A stretch of 64,000 bases of DNA, taken from Spirochaetia bacterium. GTDB lineage: Bacteria; Spirochaetota; Spirochaetia; SZUA-6; Bin103. The position numbers and the translations under genes are program-made. The stretch is from contig CBDAOI010000002.1 in assembly GCA_965198005.1 (NCBI GenBank), positions 384,001 through 448,000 on the forward strand. The letters run 5' to 3'. Under the pieces are notes generated by a model that was given only the letters and a program-made list of their open reading frames with translations, made no database searches and was not told where the DNA came from. Of the stretch, positions 50,152-59,836 are shown piece by piece (within the stretch, counting starts at the first letter, position 1; the number at the start of each line of letters is the position of its first letter).

Positions 50152-51441
50152 CTATCGCGTTCGCGGCTCCGGCGGGCGGCGGCGCGGGTCGGGCGGCTCG
50201 GCGGGCGGCTGGGCGACGCTGGCGATGGCGCCCAGCGCCTGCAGGGTGAGGCGCGCCTTCTCCTGCTCCACCGGGTGCGGATGCACGCCCGAGATCGGAC
50301 CGCGCGTGCCGCCGGCGCCGGAGATCACCGTCGTGTGCTGCGCCGGGAACAGGGCCAGGGTCCGCGCGAACGGCTCGATGAACTTGTCGAAGTGCTCGAT
50401 GACGTATGCGGTGAGGGCGGACCTGCCGCCGACGCGCAGGATCTCGATGGTGCGCGTCAACTGGTCGATCTCCGCCTGCGCGCGGCCGCGGATCTCGGCC
50501 GCCGTGGTCTTGGCCTGCAACGCCATCCGCTCCTGTTCCGCCTCGGCGGGAACCAGGAGCTCGGCGCGGTACTTCTCATGCAGCATCTTGATGCGTTGCT
50601 CCTCCGCGCGGATCTGCGCCTTGGTCCCGGACACCTTGGCCTCCGCGTCACGCTCGGCGCGCTGCACGCCGATGGCGCTGCGCTGGCTCTGCTGGGCCAC
50701 GTCGACCCGGGTCTGCGCGCGCAGGCTCTCCTCGGCGTTGGCCGCCTCCCGCACCGCCACCTCGGCGCGGCGCGTCTCCGATTCCTCCTTGGCGGCGGCG
50801 CGCGCCTGCGCTTGCGCGGCCCGCGACTGCGCCTCGGCGTTGGCCGACTGGATCCGCTTCAGCAGCGCGATGTACAGCTCCGGCTCGCGCACCCCCTCCA
50901 GGCGGTGGTCATCCACGTCGGCGATGTTCATCGCCGTGATCTCCAGGCCGATGCCCGCCAGATCGGCCTTGCACACCCGGATCATGTTCTGCACCAGCCG
51001 GTCTTTGTCGGTCATCACCTCCTCCGGCGTCATGGTGGCGATCGAGTCGCGCAGGTGGCCCTCGATGATGCCGGTGGCGATACCGGTCAGCTCGTCCCAG
51101 TTGCGCGTCATCAGCAGGATGCGGCGGATCGCGTTGCGCAACCCCTCGCCCGAGGACGCAACGGCGAAGCTGACGGTGGCAACTACCGTGAGCGGCACGA
51201 TGCCGGCGGCAATGGCCGACTCCACCCGCACGCTGGTGGTGCGCGGGCGCATGTCCATGCGATAGAACCGGTGGATCAGCGGAAACACGAACACCCGCCC
51301 GCCGCGCACCGAGGAGAACGACTTGCCCTGGCCGGCAACGATCGCCAGCTCGTCGGCGCCGACGATCTTCATCTTGGTGATGAGCTGGATGAACAGCGTC
51401 ACCACCACGAGCAGCGAGAGTATGACCACGAACCCGATCAT
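50152..51441 (-). CDS. Flotillin/SPFH protein
   Basis: N-terminal TM, GGRVFVFP, EGHLR, AEA-rich coiled coil. Confidence 0.85.
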   Translation of the reverse strand: MIGFVVILSLLVVVTLFIQLITKMKIVGADELAIVAGQGKSFSSVRGGRVFVFPLIHRFYRMDMRPRTTSVRVESAIAAGIVPLTVVATVSFAVASSGEGLRNAIRRILLMTRNWDELTGIATGIIEGHLRDSIATMTPEEVMTDKDRLVQNMIRVCKADLAGIGLEITAMNIADVDDHRLEGVREPELYIALLKRIQSANAEAQSRAAQAQARAAAKEESETRRAEVAVREAANAEESLRAQTRVDVAQQSQRSAIGVQRAERDAEAKVSGTKAQIRAEEQRIKMLHEKYRAELLVPAEAEQERMALQAKTTAAEIRGRAQAEIDQLTRTIEILRVGGRSALTAYVIEHFDKFIEPFARTLALFPAQHTTVISGAGGTRGPISGVHPHPVEQEKARLTLQALGAIASVAQPPAEPPDPRRRPPEPRTR

Positions 51442-52802
51442 GATTGCGCCTCCTCCGCGCCGGCCGCGGCGCGCTGGCCGAGCAGGTCCTTCACGCTGAT
51501 GCCGAATCCCTCCTCGAACCGGTGCAGGAAATCGACGAACGCCTCCGGGCCGCGGTTCAGCAATCCGTTCATGCCGCGCTCGTCATCCATGACTACCACG
51601 TTGTCCACCTTCAGCTCGCGCGCATAGCGCTCGTAGGCAGCGAACAGCGTCGGGAGCTGCTGCTGCACGAACAGGGCGATCTTCCCCGCTTCGCCGACGC
51701 CGGCCACCAGCTTCGCCTTCTGATCGAGCAGGTCGTTGTGGATCGACTCGACGATCTGCACCGCCTGGTTCTGACCGTCCGCCAGGATCTCGGCGGCGCG
51801 CCGTTTGGCGTCCGCCTCCAGCGTCACGTCCGAGACGTTCTTCAACTTGCGCAGCTCGACGGCAATCTCCTGCACGGCGCGCTCGCCCTCGCTGTCGGCG
51901 CGGGCAATGGCGCTGTCCGTCTCCAGTCTGATCCGTTCCACCGCCGCCGCGCACGTGCGGCGCAGCACCTCGAGCTCCTGCTGGGCGGCGATGATCTGCT
52001 CGTCGGCGGTGTTCTCGGCCACCGCCGCGCGCCGGTTGGCGTCCGACTCGGCCCGCTCTGCCTGCGCCTTCAGGCGCGCCTCCTCGATCTCCACCTCCTG
52101 CCGCTTCCGCGACAGGGTCTTGTTGGCCAGATTGGCGATGTAGTTCGACGTGTCCCAGATCTTCTGCAGCGACACCGACACGACCCGCATGCCGAACGTG
52201 CTGAGGTCCTGATTGCTGTCCCGCAGCAGCTCGGCGCGGAATTGGGCACGCTCGCCTTCCATGTCGTCGTCGTCGGGCTGAGCGTCGCTCCGCACCATAC
52301 TGCCGCGCTCGCCGGCACGGTCGCTCTCATCGACGCTCTCCACCATGCCGATCGCCTGCAACGGCGTGGTCTTGTTGAGGGCGCCGCGAAAGTTGCCGAC
52401 CATGGTCTGCTGAATCTGCTCCTGAATCTCGGCCCGCGACTTGCCCATGAGGCGTTCGACCGCCGAGTACAGCAACGTGTCGTCCTCGTGGTCGACACAG
52501 ACGCAGGCGGTGGCATCGGCGCCGACGGTGATCCCGTTGGCCGAGTTGACCCCGTCCACGCGCACGTCGATGGGAATGGTGCTCAAGCCCAGTCCCCGCA
52601 CGCTCTGGAAGAAGGGAACGACGAAGGTCCAGCCGCCGCGCTGCAGGCGGAAGCCGTAGCTCTTGCCGCGAACGCGGGTCTTGGCGCCGGTGACGACCAG
52701 GACCTGGTCCGGCGGACAGACGCGGATCACCGAGCGCAGCATGGCCACCACGAACACGAACGCGGCCACCGCGCCGATACCGCTGGCGATATATTCTTCC
52801 AT
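51438..52802 (-). CDS. Flotillin/SPFH protein 2
   Basis: VCPPDQVLVVTG, GGWTFVVP, GNFRG, EA-rich coiled coil. Confidence 0.85.
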   Translation of the reverse strand: MEEYIASGIGAVAAFVFVVAMLRSVIRVCPPDQVLVVTGAKTRVRGKSYGFRLQRGGWTFVVPFFQSVRGLGLSTIPIDVRVDGVNSANGITVGADATACVCVDHEDDTLLYSAVERLMGKSRAEIQEQIQQTMVGNFRGALNKTTPLQAIGMVESVDESDRAGERGSMVRSDAQPDDDDMEGERAQFRAELLRDSNQDLSTFGMRVVSVSLQKIWDTSNYIANLANKTLSRKRQEVEIEEARLKAQAERAESDANRRAAVAENTADEQIIAAQQELEVLRRTCAAAVERIRLETDSAIARADSEGERAVQEIAVELRKLKNVSDVTLEADAKRRAAEILADGQNQAVQIVESIHNDLLDQKAKLVAGVGEAGKIALFVQQQLPTLFAAYERYARELKVDNVVVMDDERGMNGLLNRGPEAFVDFLHRFEEGFGISVKDLLGQRAAAGAEEAQS

Positions 52803-52816
52803 TATTAATCCTCCCA

Positions 52817-53341
52817 TTATTGATCCTCCTCCCTGCGTACGAATACGCACTGTTCCGTGACACGCGCAATGACCACGCGGTCACCTGCGGCGAAGTGCTC
52901 TGCCGCGTCGTCGCCGCGGGCGTACCGTTCGGCGACGCTCTGGCCGAAGTGCACGCGTACCTTGCCCATGCTGCCGGCGGCGATCGGAACCATCACCGTT
53001 CCCGGTTCCATGAGCAGCTCGTCATCCCGCAACGTCGAGTCGAGCCGGGTACGCTGAAAGCGAAAGAACAGCCGCGCCAGGATCGCCATCGATGCGCCGC
53101 CGGCGACCGACCACAGCAGGCTGCCGGCGCGGCCGGAGCCGAACGCCCCCGCCGCCAGCCCGAAGGGACCGAAGCCGAGGCAGAAGTAGACCAGGGTACG
53201 CGCCCAGCGCAGGACCGACAGCACCGGCGCCCCGCCGCCGTCACCGGCGGCATCGCCGGAGCCGCTGCCGATCAGGCCGAGCAGGTCGATCACCGTCACG
53301 CCGACGCCGAATATGGCCGCGAACCAGAACAGCCCCTGCAC
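52817..53341 (-). CDS. NfeD-like membrane protein
   Basis: Three TM segments plus OB-fold-like C-term (GTVMVPI..GKVRV..GDRVVI) upstream of SPFH genes. Confidence 0.8.
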   Translation of the reverse strand: MQGLFWFAAIFGVGVTVIDLLGLIGSGSGDAAGDGGGAPVLSVLRWARTLVYFCLGFGPFGLAAGAFGSGRAGSLLWSVAGGASMAILARLFFRFQRTRLDSTLRDDELLMEPGTVMVPIAAGSMGKVRVHFGQSVAERYARGDDAAEHFAAGDRVVIARVTEQCVFVRREEDQ

Positions 53342-53595
53342 CCAGCTCCCTCCTCGGCCGGCCGGCCGGTACGGAGAATCCCATCGACTCACCCGCCCCC
53401 CGGCGGGCAACCGCGACTCCGCGGCGACGATTGTACGCTATGATCGACCGGTGTGTTGAACACCACCCGCCGGCAGCGCCGGCCCCGCAGAAGTGACACG
53501 AGCAAGAGTATACTCTCGTCGCGACGACAACCATGCCGGTGGCGACACCGTCGCGGTGGCGGTGACGTTCAGCGGCCCCGTGGAGGTCTTGTGCT

Positions 53596-54492
53596 ATGAG
53601 TTCGCGTCCAGCAGCCGCGCAGCGCGTGAGCGATTCCAGCCAGCGCCTCAGCCAGCGGCCGGCGATCCGGTTGCAGCAGCGCCCGCCGAGCCTGACCGGG
53701 TTGGACATGACCCGGCTCGTGGCGCGCGGCGACTACGAGCCCCGGCTCAGCCGACTGCAGCACGATCTCAAGGAAGTTTCCCTGGCCTATCGGGCGCAAG
53801 GGCGGCGGGCGGTGGTGGTATTCGAGGGCTGGGACGCGGCGGGCAAGGGGGGCATCATCCGGCGCATGGGGTGGCCGCTCGATCCGCGCGGCTTCAAGGT
53901 GTGGGCCATTGCCGCGCCGACCCCCGAGGAGAAGGGGCAGCACTACCTCTACCGGTTCTGGCGGCGCATGCCCCATCCGGGGCAACTGGTGATCTTCGAC
54001 CGCTCCTGGTACGGCCGCGTGCTGGTGGAACGGATCGAGGGTTTCGCCACCGAGGCCGAATGGCGCCGCGCCTACGCGGAGATCAACGACTTCGAGCGGT
54101 TGCTGGCCGACGACGGCACGCGCATGGTCAAGATTTTCCTCCACGTCACGCCTGACGAGCAGCTCAAGCGGTTCCGCGCCCGTCTGAACGACCCGCTGAA
54201 GCGCTGGAAGCTGTCGGCCGAGGATCTGCGCAACCGGGCGCGCTGGTCCGACTACGAGACGGCCATCGAAGATATGTTCCTCAACACTTCGACCGTCGCC
54301 CACCCGTGGCACGTGGTCGCCGCCAACGACAAGAGGTACGCCCGCCTGGCGGCGATCGGGACCGTGGTACGGCGTCTGGCCAAGGGCGTGAACCTCACTC
54401 CCGCCAGCCTCGCCCCCGACTTCGCCCGCCATGCACGCGCCGCGCTCGGACTCCCGCCGGACGCCGCCGATGGCTCCTTCAAGCCCCTTTAA
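53596..54492 (+). CDS. ppk2: Polyphosphate kinase 2 family protein
   Basis: FEGWDAAGKGG, LDPRG, FDRSWYGRVLVE. Confidence 0.9.
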   Translation: MSSRPAAAQRVSDSSQRLSQRPAIRLQQRPPSLTGLDMTRLVARGDYEPRLSRLQHDLKEVSLAYRAQGRRAVVVFEGWDAAGKGGIIRRMGWPLDPRGFKVWAIAAPTPEEKGQHYLYRFWRRMPHPGQLVIFDRSWYGRVLVERIEGFATEAEWRRAYAEINDFERLLADDGTRMVKIFLHVTPDEQLKRFRARLNDPLKRWKLSAEDLRNRARWSDYETAIEDMFLNTSTVAHPWHVVAANDKRYARLAAIGTVVRRLAKGVNLTPASLAPDFARHARAALGLPPDAADGSFKPL

Positions 54493-54499
54493 GCCCCTT

Positions 54500-55170
54500 C
54501 AAGCCGGACTTGGCGCCGGCGGCACCGAGACGACCCACACCACCCCTGAGCCTGGGATCAAGCAGGTCTCTCACGGCATCGCCGAACATGTTGAGACTGT
54601 AGACCGTAATCGTCAGGCACAGACCAGGGGCCAGAGAGCCAGCCGTGGCGCCTGCTCCATGTACTGACGCCCTCCCCGGCTGAGCAGACTGCCCCAGCTT
54701 GGAACTTCCGGTGGCAGACCGAATCCGAGGAAGCTCAGAGAAGCCTCGGATCGGCAACTGCATGCCGATCAGCGTAACTACCGGGATGAGGGCATTCTTG
54801 ACGGCGTGCCTCAGGACCACTACCCGCTCCCTGAAACCCTTGGACCAGGCCGTCCGGATGTAGTCTTGCCGGAGCACTTCCAGCATCATGGTGCGGGTCA
54901 TCCGCATGGTGGCTGCAGACATGGTCGTCCCCACAACCAGGCTGGGAATGATGAACACCGCGAGGTTCCCCAGCGGGTCTTCCGAGAGAGGAACCAGCCG
55001 CATCGGCGGCGACCAAGCCCACCAGATGGCCGGGTAGATCATGACCATGATTCCCAGCCAGAAGTTGGGCGTTGCCAGGCCGATGATGGCGGCGGAGCGC
55101 CCCACGTAGTCGACGGCCGTATCCTGGCGCATCGCGGAGTAGATGCCGACCGGAAGGGCTATCATCAGCC
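54500..55170 (-). pseudogene. Fused remnants of peptide ABC permeases (DppB- and DppC-like)
   Basis: PNFWLG, EVLRQDYIRTA, RHAVKNALIPV; then LNMFGDAVRDLLDPRLR. Confidence 0.8.
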
Positions 55171-55529
55171 CCGGGGTACGTGCGGGCCGGGCATCGAGCC
55201 GCGAACGGCAATTGCTTCGGGGTGCCGACGCCGTAGGACTCCTGGCGAAGGGATGGGAGGGGCCAAAAGCGGCGCCTCGGGCGGCGGTATTGGGGCGCTC
55301 GGCGGATGCCGGCACCTGCCTCGTGCCTCGCACCGCCTCGCGGGGCCGTAGTCGGCGAAGCAGCGAGTCTGAATGGCCGGCTGGCCGGCAACGCCAGCCG
55401 TGGGTTTTGCCGGCAGTCCGTCGCGGGCGCGGAGCCGCGACGGTTGCGGTCGCCGGGAAGCGCTCGGGCGGTCTGCATACGGGTTCGGCGATGGACCGAG
55501 CCAGCGCCACCGGTAGCTAACGACCCCAC

Positions 55530-55826
55530 CTACTCGGCCGGTAGTTCCAGCGTATCCAACCCCGCCAGTAGTAACTCTCCGCTGGCGTTACCAGCGGCAC
55601 CCAACGCGGCAAGTCGGTCGAGGGCGTCCCAGAGCGTCACCCCCAGTAGACCGGCGGCTTGCCGTAGGGTGACCTCGCCCGCTCGGAACTGACCGGCGAC
55701 GTACGCTTCAAAACCCATCCGCGCCAGTTTACGCAACGACTGTGCCTGCTCGGCGTGTTCCCGCTCGGCGACATACCGGACGGCTGCGTCGATATCCTCG
55801 GTAATGCGTATGCTGCGAACACTCAT
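55530..55826 (-). CDS. UPF0175-like antitoxin
   Basis: RHH-like N-term, GEVTLRQAAGLLGV. Confidence 0.75.
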   Translation of the reverse strand: MSVRSIRITEDIDAAVRYVAEREHAEQAQSLRKLARMGFEAYVAGQFRAGEVTLRQAAGLLGVTLWDALDRLAALGAAGNASGELLLAGLDTLELPAE

Positions 55827-56287
55827 TGCTTAAGTCCCCTCAGTAGGTGGCGAACGATCTGGTACTCGTCACTGCTGATGGACGGCTGAAGACGCTGCAG
55901 CAATCGCTCGGCCTCTTGGTGCGAAAGCTGGCCGAGCTTGGCCAGCTCGTAGAGCAGAAGGCCAGGCACGACACAGGGGATGCCCAGTGTCGTCAGACGA
56001 CTGATCAGCCGTCGGTCGTCGGTTGCGACGCAGTCGAAGCGTCCGGCCCGAAAGGCAGGCGCGAGAGCGCTGTCCCCAGACTCCTCAGCGACCGCCCGTA
56101 CCTCTATTCGGCGTGCCCCGATATTCGTGGCAATCAGTTCCGACTCAGCGCGCCCGGAGCCTTGGACCACGACCTCCTTCACGACCGGCTCTGGCACGAC
56201 CACCTTGAAGGCCCGGAGGGCAGCCTCCTTGTATCCCGCCCGAGTGATCTTGATAAGGCAGTCTGAGTCCATGAGCACGCGAAGCAC
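55823..56287 (-). CDS. PIN-domain toxin
   Basis: VLMDSDCLIK, VVKEVV, VATDDRRL; TACAAT-7nt-GTG. Confidence 0.75.
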   Translation of the reverse strand: MLRVLMDSDCLIKITRAGYKEAALRAFKVVVPEPVVKEVVVQGSGRAESELIATNIGARRIEVRAVAEESGDSALAPAFRAGRFDCVATDDRRLISRLTTLGIPCVVPGLLLYELAKLGQLSHQEAERLLQRLQPSISSDEYQIVRHLLRGLKQ

Positions 56288-56339
56288 GTAGTGGATTGTA
56301 GCCCAAGAGTGACGACGCCGCAAGACTTCGTTCTGTACG

Positions 56340-56515
56340 TGCGGCGTGCGGGCGATATCCCGCGTGTGCTCACCCAGCACCGGAGCCTGGCCGGCGGCGA
56401 ATGGCAGCGACACGGGACTGCCGTCACGGCTCCGTCTGGTGCCGTCCAGGAAGGCGCTGTTCTCGATCTTTATGACATCCGCCCCTTGATCGGCAAGCAG
56501 GCGCGACTGCTGGAC
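56340..56515 (-). pseudogene. CaiB/BaiF CoA-transferase remnant
   Basis: RLLADQGADVIKIE joined to APVLGEHT. Confidence 0.7.
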
Positions 56516-56901
56516 CTGCGCAACCCGCCGGCACCCGCCTGGAAACGGTCGGCCGCGCACGCACGGGTCGGCCCGGCGGCGGCGAAAGCGAAGGATGCCG
56601 GCGCCGGGGGGATCGAACGCGAAGACATCTGGGCCCGACCCGTTGGCTCCGGTACCGAGCCGAGCCCCACCACCCCGCAGCCGCGGGTCGAGCAGGTCTT
56701 TCAACGCCGAGCACGCGCCACGCAGGGCGCCGGGTGTCGCTGTCCTGGTAGTTGACGGAGTGATGCCGCAGGCGAGGGCGTGCGCAGGAGTACACGCACG
56801 CGCGGCGCGCGCCGCTCGGTCGGCCGGAGCGGTTGGTTGTTTCTCGGGTGAATGAAAGTCGGGGGGGGGGGGCATAAGCGCTAACTTCAGACTTCCTGAC
56901 C

Positions 56902-59174
56902 TCAGGCGGAATCAGGTGACACTTCTGGCGGCGGATTACCGGCCAACTGGTAGACGAGCCTGAGTTCGGTGCCGGGATAGATCGTGTTGGTTCCGTTGAG
57001 TTCCTCGACCAGGGGAGCGAGCATGCGGTCGCAAGCGTCGCTGCCGAGGCCGAGAAGCTGGATCCGCAGAATCCCCTTGGCAGGCTCCGGGATGATGTTG
57101 GCGTCGGAGGTCAGCAACGCGCGCAGCAGCCTGCGGGCATTCGGTTTCTTGCCCTGGGCGCTGATCACGGGCGCCATCATGCGGGTCTCCGCGCGATAGG
57201 CGATCATCCGCACCACGTCCATGAACAGGCGCCCGCCAACCGGCAGGGCGTCCAGCCGGTCCTGCTCCGACAGGTCGCCGGCGCGGACATGGGTCGGGGT
57301 GTCGGCCCGCTCCTGCCTGAGTGCATCGAGTCGTTCGTCCAGCGCCTGGGCGTCAGCTTCAAGGCGGGTGGCGGTGTCCCGGTTGGGTTCCTTCAGTGCC
57401 ACGGCGAGGCGATTGCGGGCCGCTGACAAGCGGCTGCGTACCTGCCTGATGGTCTTTTCGAGGGCGCGGCGCACGGGGTTCACGACCTGTGCGTCGGGGT
57501 CAATCGGATCAAGGTCATGGGTGGGCAGGGAGTCGAGGTTGAACTGCTCGCGCAGGTACTTGAAGAAGTTCTCCTGCGACCAGCGCGAGAACATGGCGCC
57601 GGCGACCTGCTCCAAGGGCATCTGCGGATGGGTGGTGATCACTGGCACTTGGCGACCGGTGGCGAGCCGGCGCCGGATCTGGCGGACCGTGAGCCCGTTG
57701 CGCAGTACGATCGGTTTCTCGGCGAGGTCAACGGTGGTGGCACTGGTTCCAGCGGGCGCATGGATCGGTACCTCGAGCGGGTGGAAGTCCTCCTCCGGCC
57801 AGTCCTCGCCCGTGAAGTTCTTGTGCCAGGTGATGCAGGCGATGCCGCGCCGGGCCAGCCGCTTGAACAGGTCTGGGCTCCAGCCCTCGCGGTCGAACAC
57901 CAGGGTGAGCGCCGGCGCACCGGCTTCCGGCTGGGTCAGGTCGGGGGCCGCTTCCGGCACCACCCCCAGTTGCAGCAGGTGCGGCACCACGTCCTGTTCG
58001 AGCGCCTTGACCAACTTCGGGTCAAGCGCCTTGTGCAGGCACAGCAGGGGCGTGCCACCCAGGGCGTTGATCCAGTAGCTCACGGACGCCGGCAAACACA
58101 GCTTCTGGCGCGCGACGAAGTGTTTCGGCAGCCGACCGTTGCGCCCGGTGTATACCTTCACGTGGCCGTCGACGGCCAGCGTCGCCCAGTCGTCCTGGTG
58201 CTCGGTGGCCCAGGTACGAGCCAGTGCCGATTGCCAATCGCGCACGGTGTGCTCGGCGCTGGTGAGCAGCCTGAGCTTGCGGCGGAGGGTCTTGGTCTCG
58301 GGGCCGCGGTCGAGGCCGAGGATCGCGCCCCATGGGCGCGTGCAGGTCTCGCGGGTCGCCACTCGGGCCACGGCACGATCGGTGGGTCAGGAAGATGTGT
58401 CGTAGGCGGAACGTCCGACGCTGGGGGCGTGAGTCGGCGACGGACGCCGCTTGATGTGTCTGCGGAGCGTCCCGGCGCTGGGGGCGTGATCGGCGCCGCG
58501 GCAGGCTGGGGCGCGTGATCGGCGGCGGAGCTTGATGTGTCTGCGGAGCGTCCACGCTGGGGGCGTGATCGGCGGACCGGAGCTTGATGTGTCTGCGGAG
58601 CGTCCACGCTGGGGGCGTGATCGGCGGACGGAGCTTGATGTGTCTGCGGAGCGTCCACGCTGGGGGCGTGATCGGCGACCGGAGCTTGGTGCGTTTGCGG
58701 AGCGTCCACGCTCCCGGTGTGCGTCCGCGCGGGCTCGACGATGACGCCGGCGCGGCGGTTCGCTTTGAAAGTGGTCGCCGCGATGCCGAGGTGCCGTGCA
58801 CACGCGTTGCCGCTCATCCCGGAGGCGAGCAGTTTGGCGGCCTGGTCGGCCATCTGGGCGTCGACGACGGTGCGCCCGCGCCTCCGTAGCGGCCCGTAAA
58901 ACGCGTCTTCGCCGTGCTCCCGATAGCGTCTGACTGCGCGCGCCACGGTCGGTCGCGAGACCTGGAAGGCACGCATGAGGTCGCGTTGGCGGACCCCGGA
59001 GACGACCTGCAGCTTGGCGGCGCGCAGCAGCATGGCGCGGCGGTCGCCGGCCGGGTGGCAGTCGTAGGGTTCGAGGTTGTAGAAGTAGTAGGTGATGCCG
59101 GCACGGGTCTGCATGGCGTGCTGGTCGCCGATCGGGGTGGCGTCGGGAAGGGAGAACGGGAGGGAGAGGATCAT
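56902..59174 (-). pseudogene. DDE transposase, disrupted by a tandem repeat region
   Basis: N-terminal HTHs (59174-58740); VDGH, VFDREG, RWSQENFFK in 56902-58371; frames broken at 58340-58580. Confidence 0.8.
58385..58712. repeat. About 51-bp tandem repeat (3-4 clean plus degenerate units)
   Basis: GGAGCTTGATGTGTCTGCGGAGCGTCCACGCTGGGGGCGTGATCGGCG.. encoding SVDAPQTHQAPVADHAP. Confidence 0.9.
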
Positions 59175-59377
59175 GGGAGTGCCCCAAACATGTATCATCA
59201 TATATGGCCCTATTGAACCATGGTATGTCAAGCGAAAAGACTGTATGGGAGAGCAGAAATGCCCGAAAACCGGGTTATTGGAGCGTTCCAGCGACTAACG
59301 CGGGAGCCGGTCAGCGCACCATGTCAGGAAGTCTGAACTTGTTGTGGGGGCCTACAGGGGCCATGCATGACTTTACT

Positions 59378-59512
59378 GTGCGACCGTACCACGGACGTGC
59401 GACTCGGATCAACCAGCCGCGTCGAAAAATCGAAGAAATCTGACGGCTCATGGCCCTACGGTGCGACCGTACCACGGACCTGCGACTCGCGTCAACCACC
59501 TGCGTCGAAGAA
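59378..59512. repeat. Two ~52-bp direct repeats, period 83
   Basis: GTGCGACCGTACCACGGAC.TGCGACTCG..TCAACCA.C.GCGTCGAA.AA. Confidence 0.8.
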
Positions 59513-59574
59513 CAGCGATTCTCAAGGAACGGCTAGTAGAGGGGCAGAGATGCATCATAAACAGTACCGGCCGT

Positions 59575-59679
59575 GACCCCGGTGGCGAAGGCGCCCGGAT
59601 CCACCAGGAACCGTCCGGTCCAGCTCTTCGCCGGTGCGGCGGGATTGCGGATCGTCACGTCTACGTACGTCGCTCCCAT
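59575..59679 (-). pseudogene. Clan AA aspartic protease 5' remnant
   Basis: MGATYVDVTIRNP..FLVDPGA. Confidence 0.55.
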
Positions 59680-59836
59680 GGTTGTGCGATTACCATAGGA
59701 GCGTAGGCGTGACTGGTCAACTGGCCCCGCTCGACAGAGGCTGCTACTCCATCTGGTGCATTCTCATGGTACACTCCGCACCGTAGCGCGGGGCCCACCC
59801 GACCGTCGCCACGCGAGGATCGCAACCATCGAAACC

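Larger units (their letters stand above)
56888..59335 (-). mobile_element. Insertion sequence with 13-bp TIRs and 5-bp target duplication
   Basis: CAGACTTCCTGAC (56888-56900) / GTCAGGAAGTCTG (59323-59335); AACTT on both flanks. Confidence 0.85.

Noticed and set aside
56861-56872. G12 tract as a phase-variation site
   Set aside because: No supported gene or promoter depends on it
55823-56875. 350-aa ORF as one protein
   Set aside because: Chance read-through of DppC, CaiB and PIN pieces; the PIN gene has its own start at 56287
58385-58712. Repeat array as CRISPR
   Set aside because: Units are head-to-tail with no unique spacers, lie inside a transposase, and no cas genes are present
59378-59512. 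Two repeats with a spacer as a mini-CRISPR
   Set aside because: Only two imperfect, overly long units; no leader or cas genes
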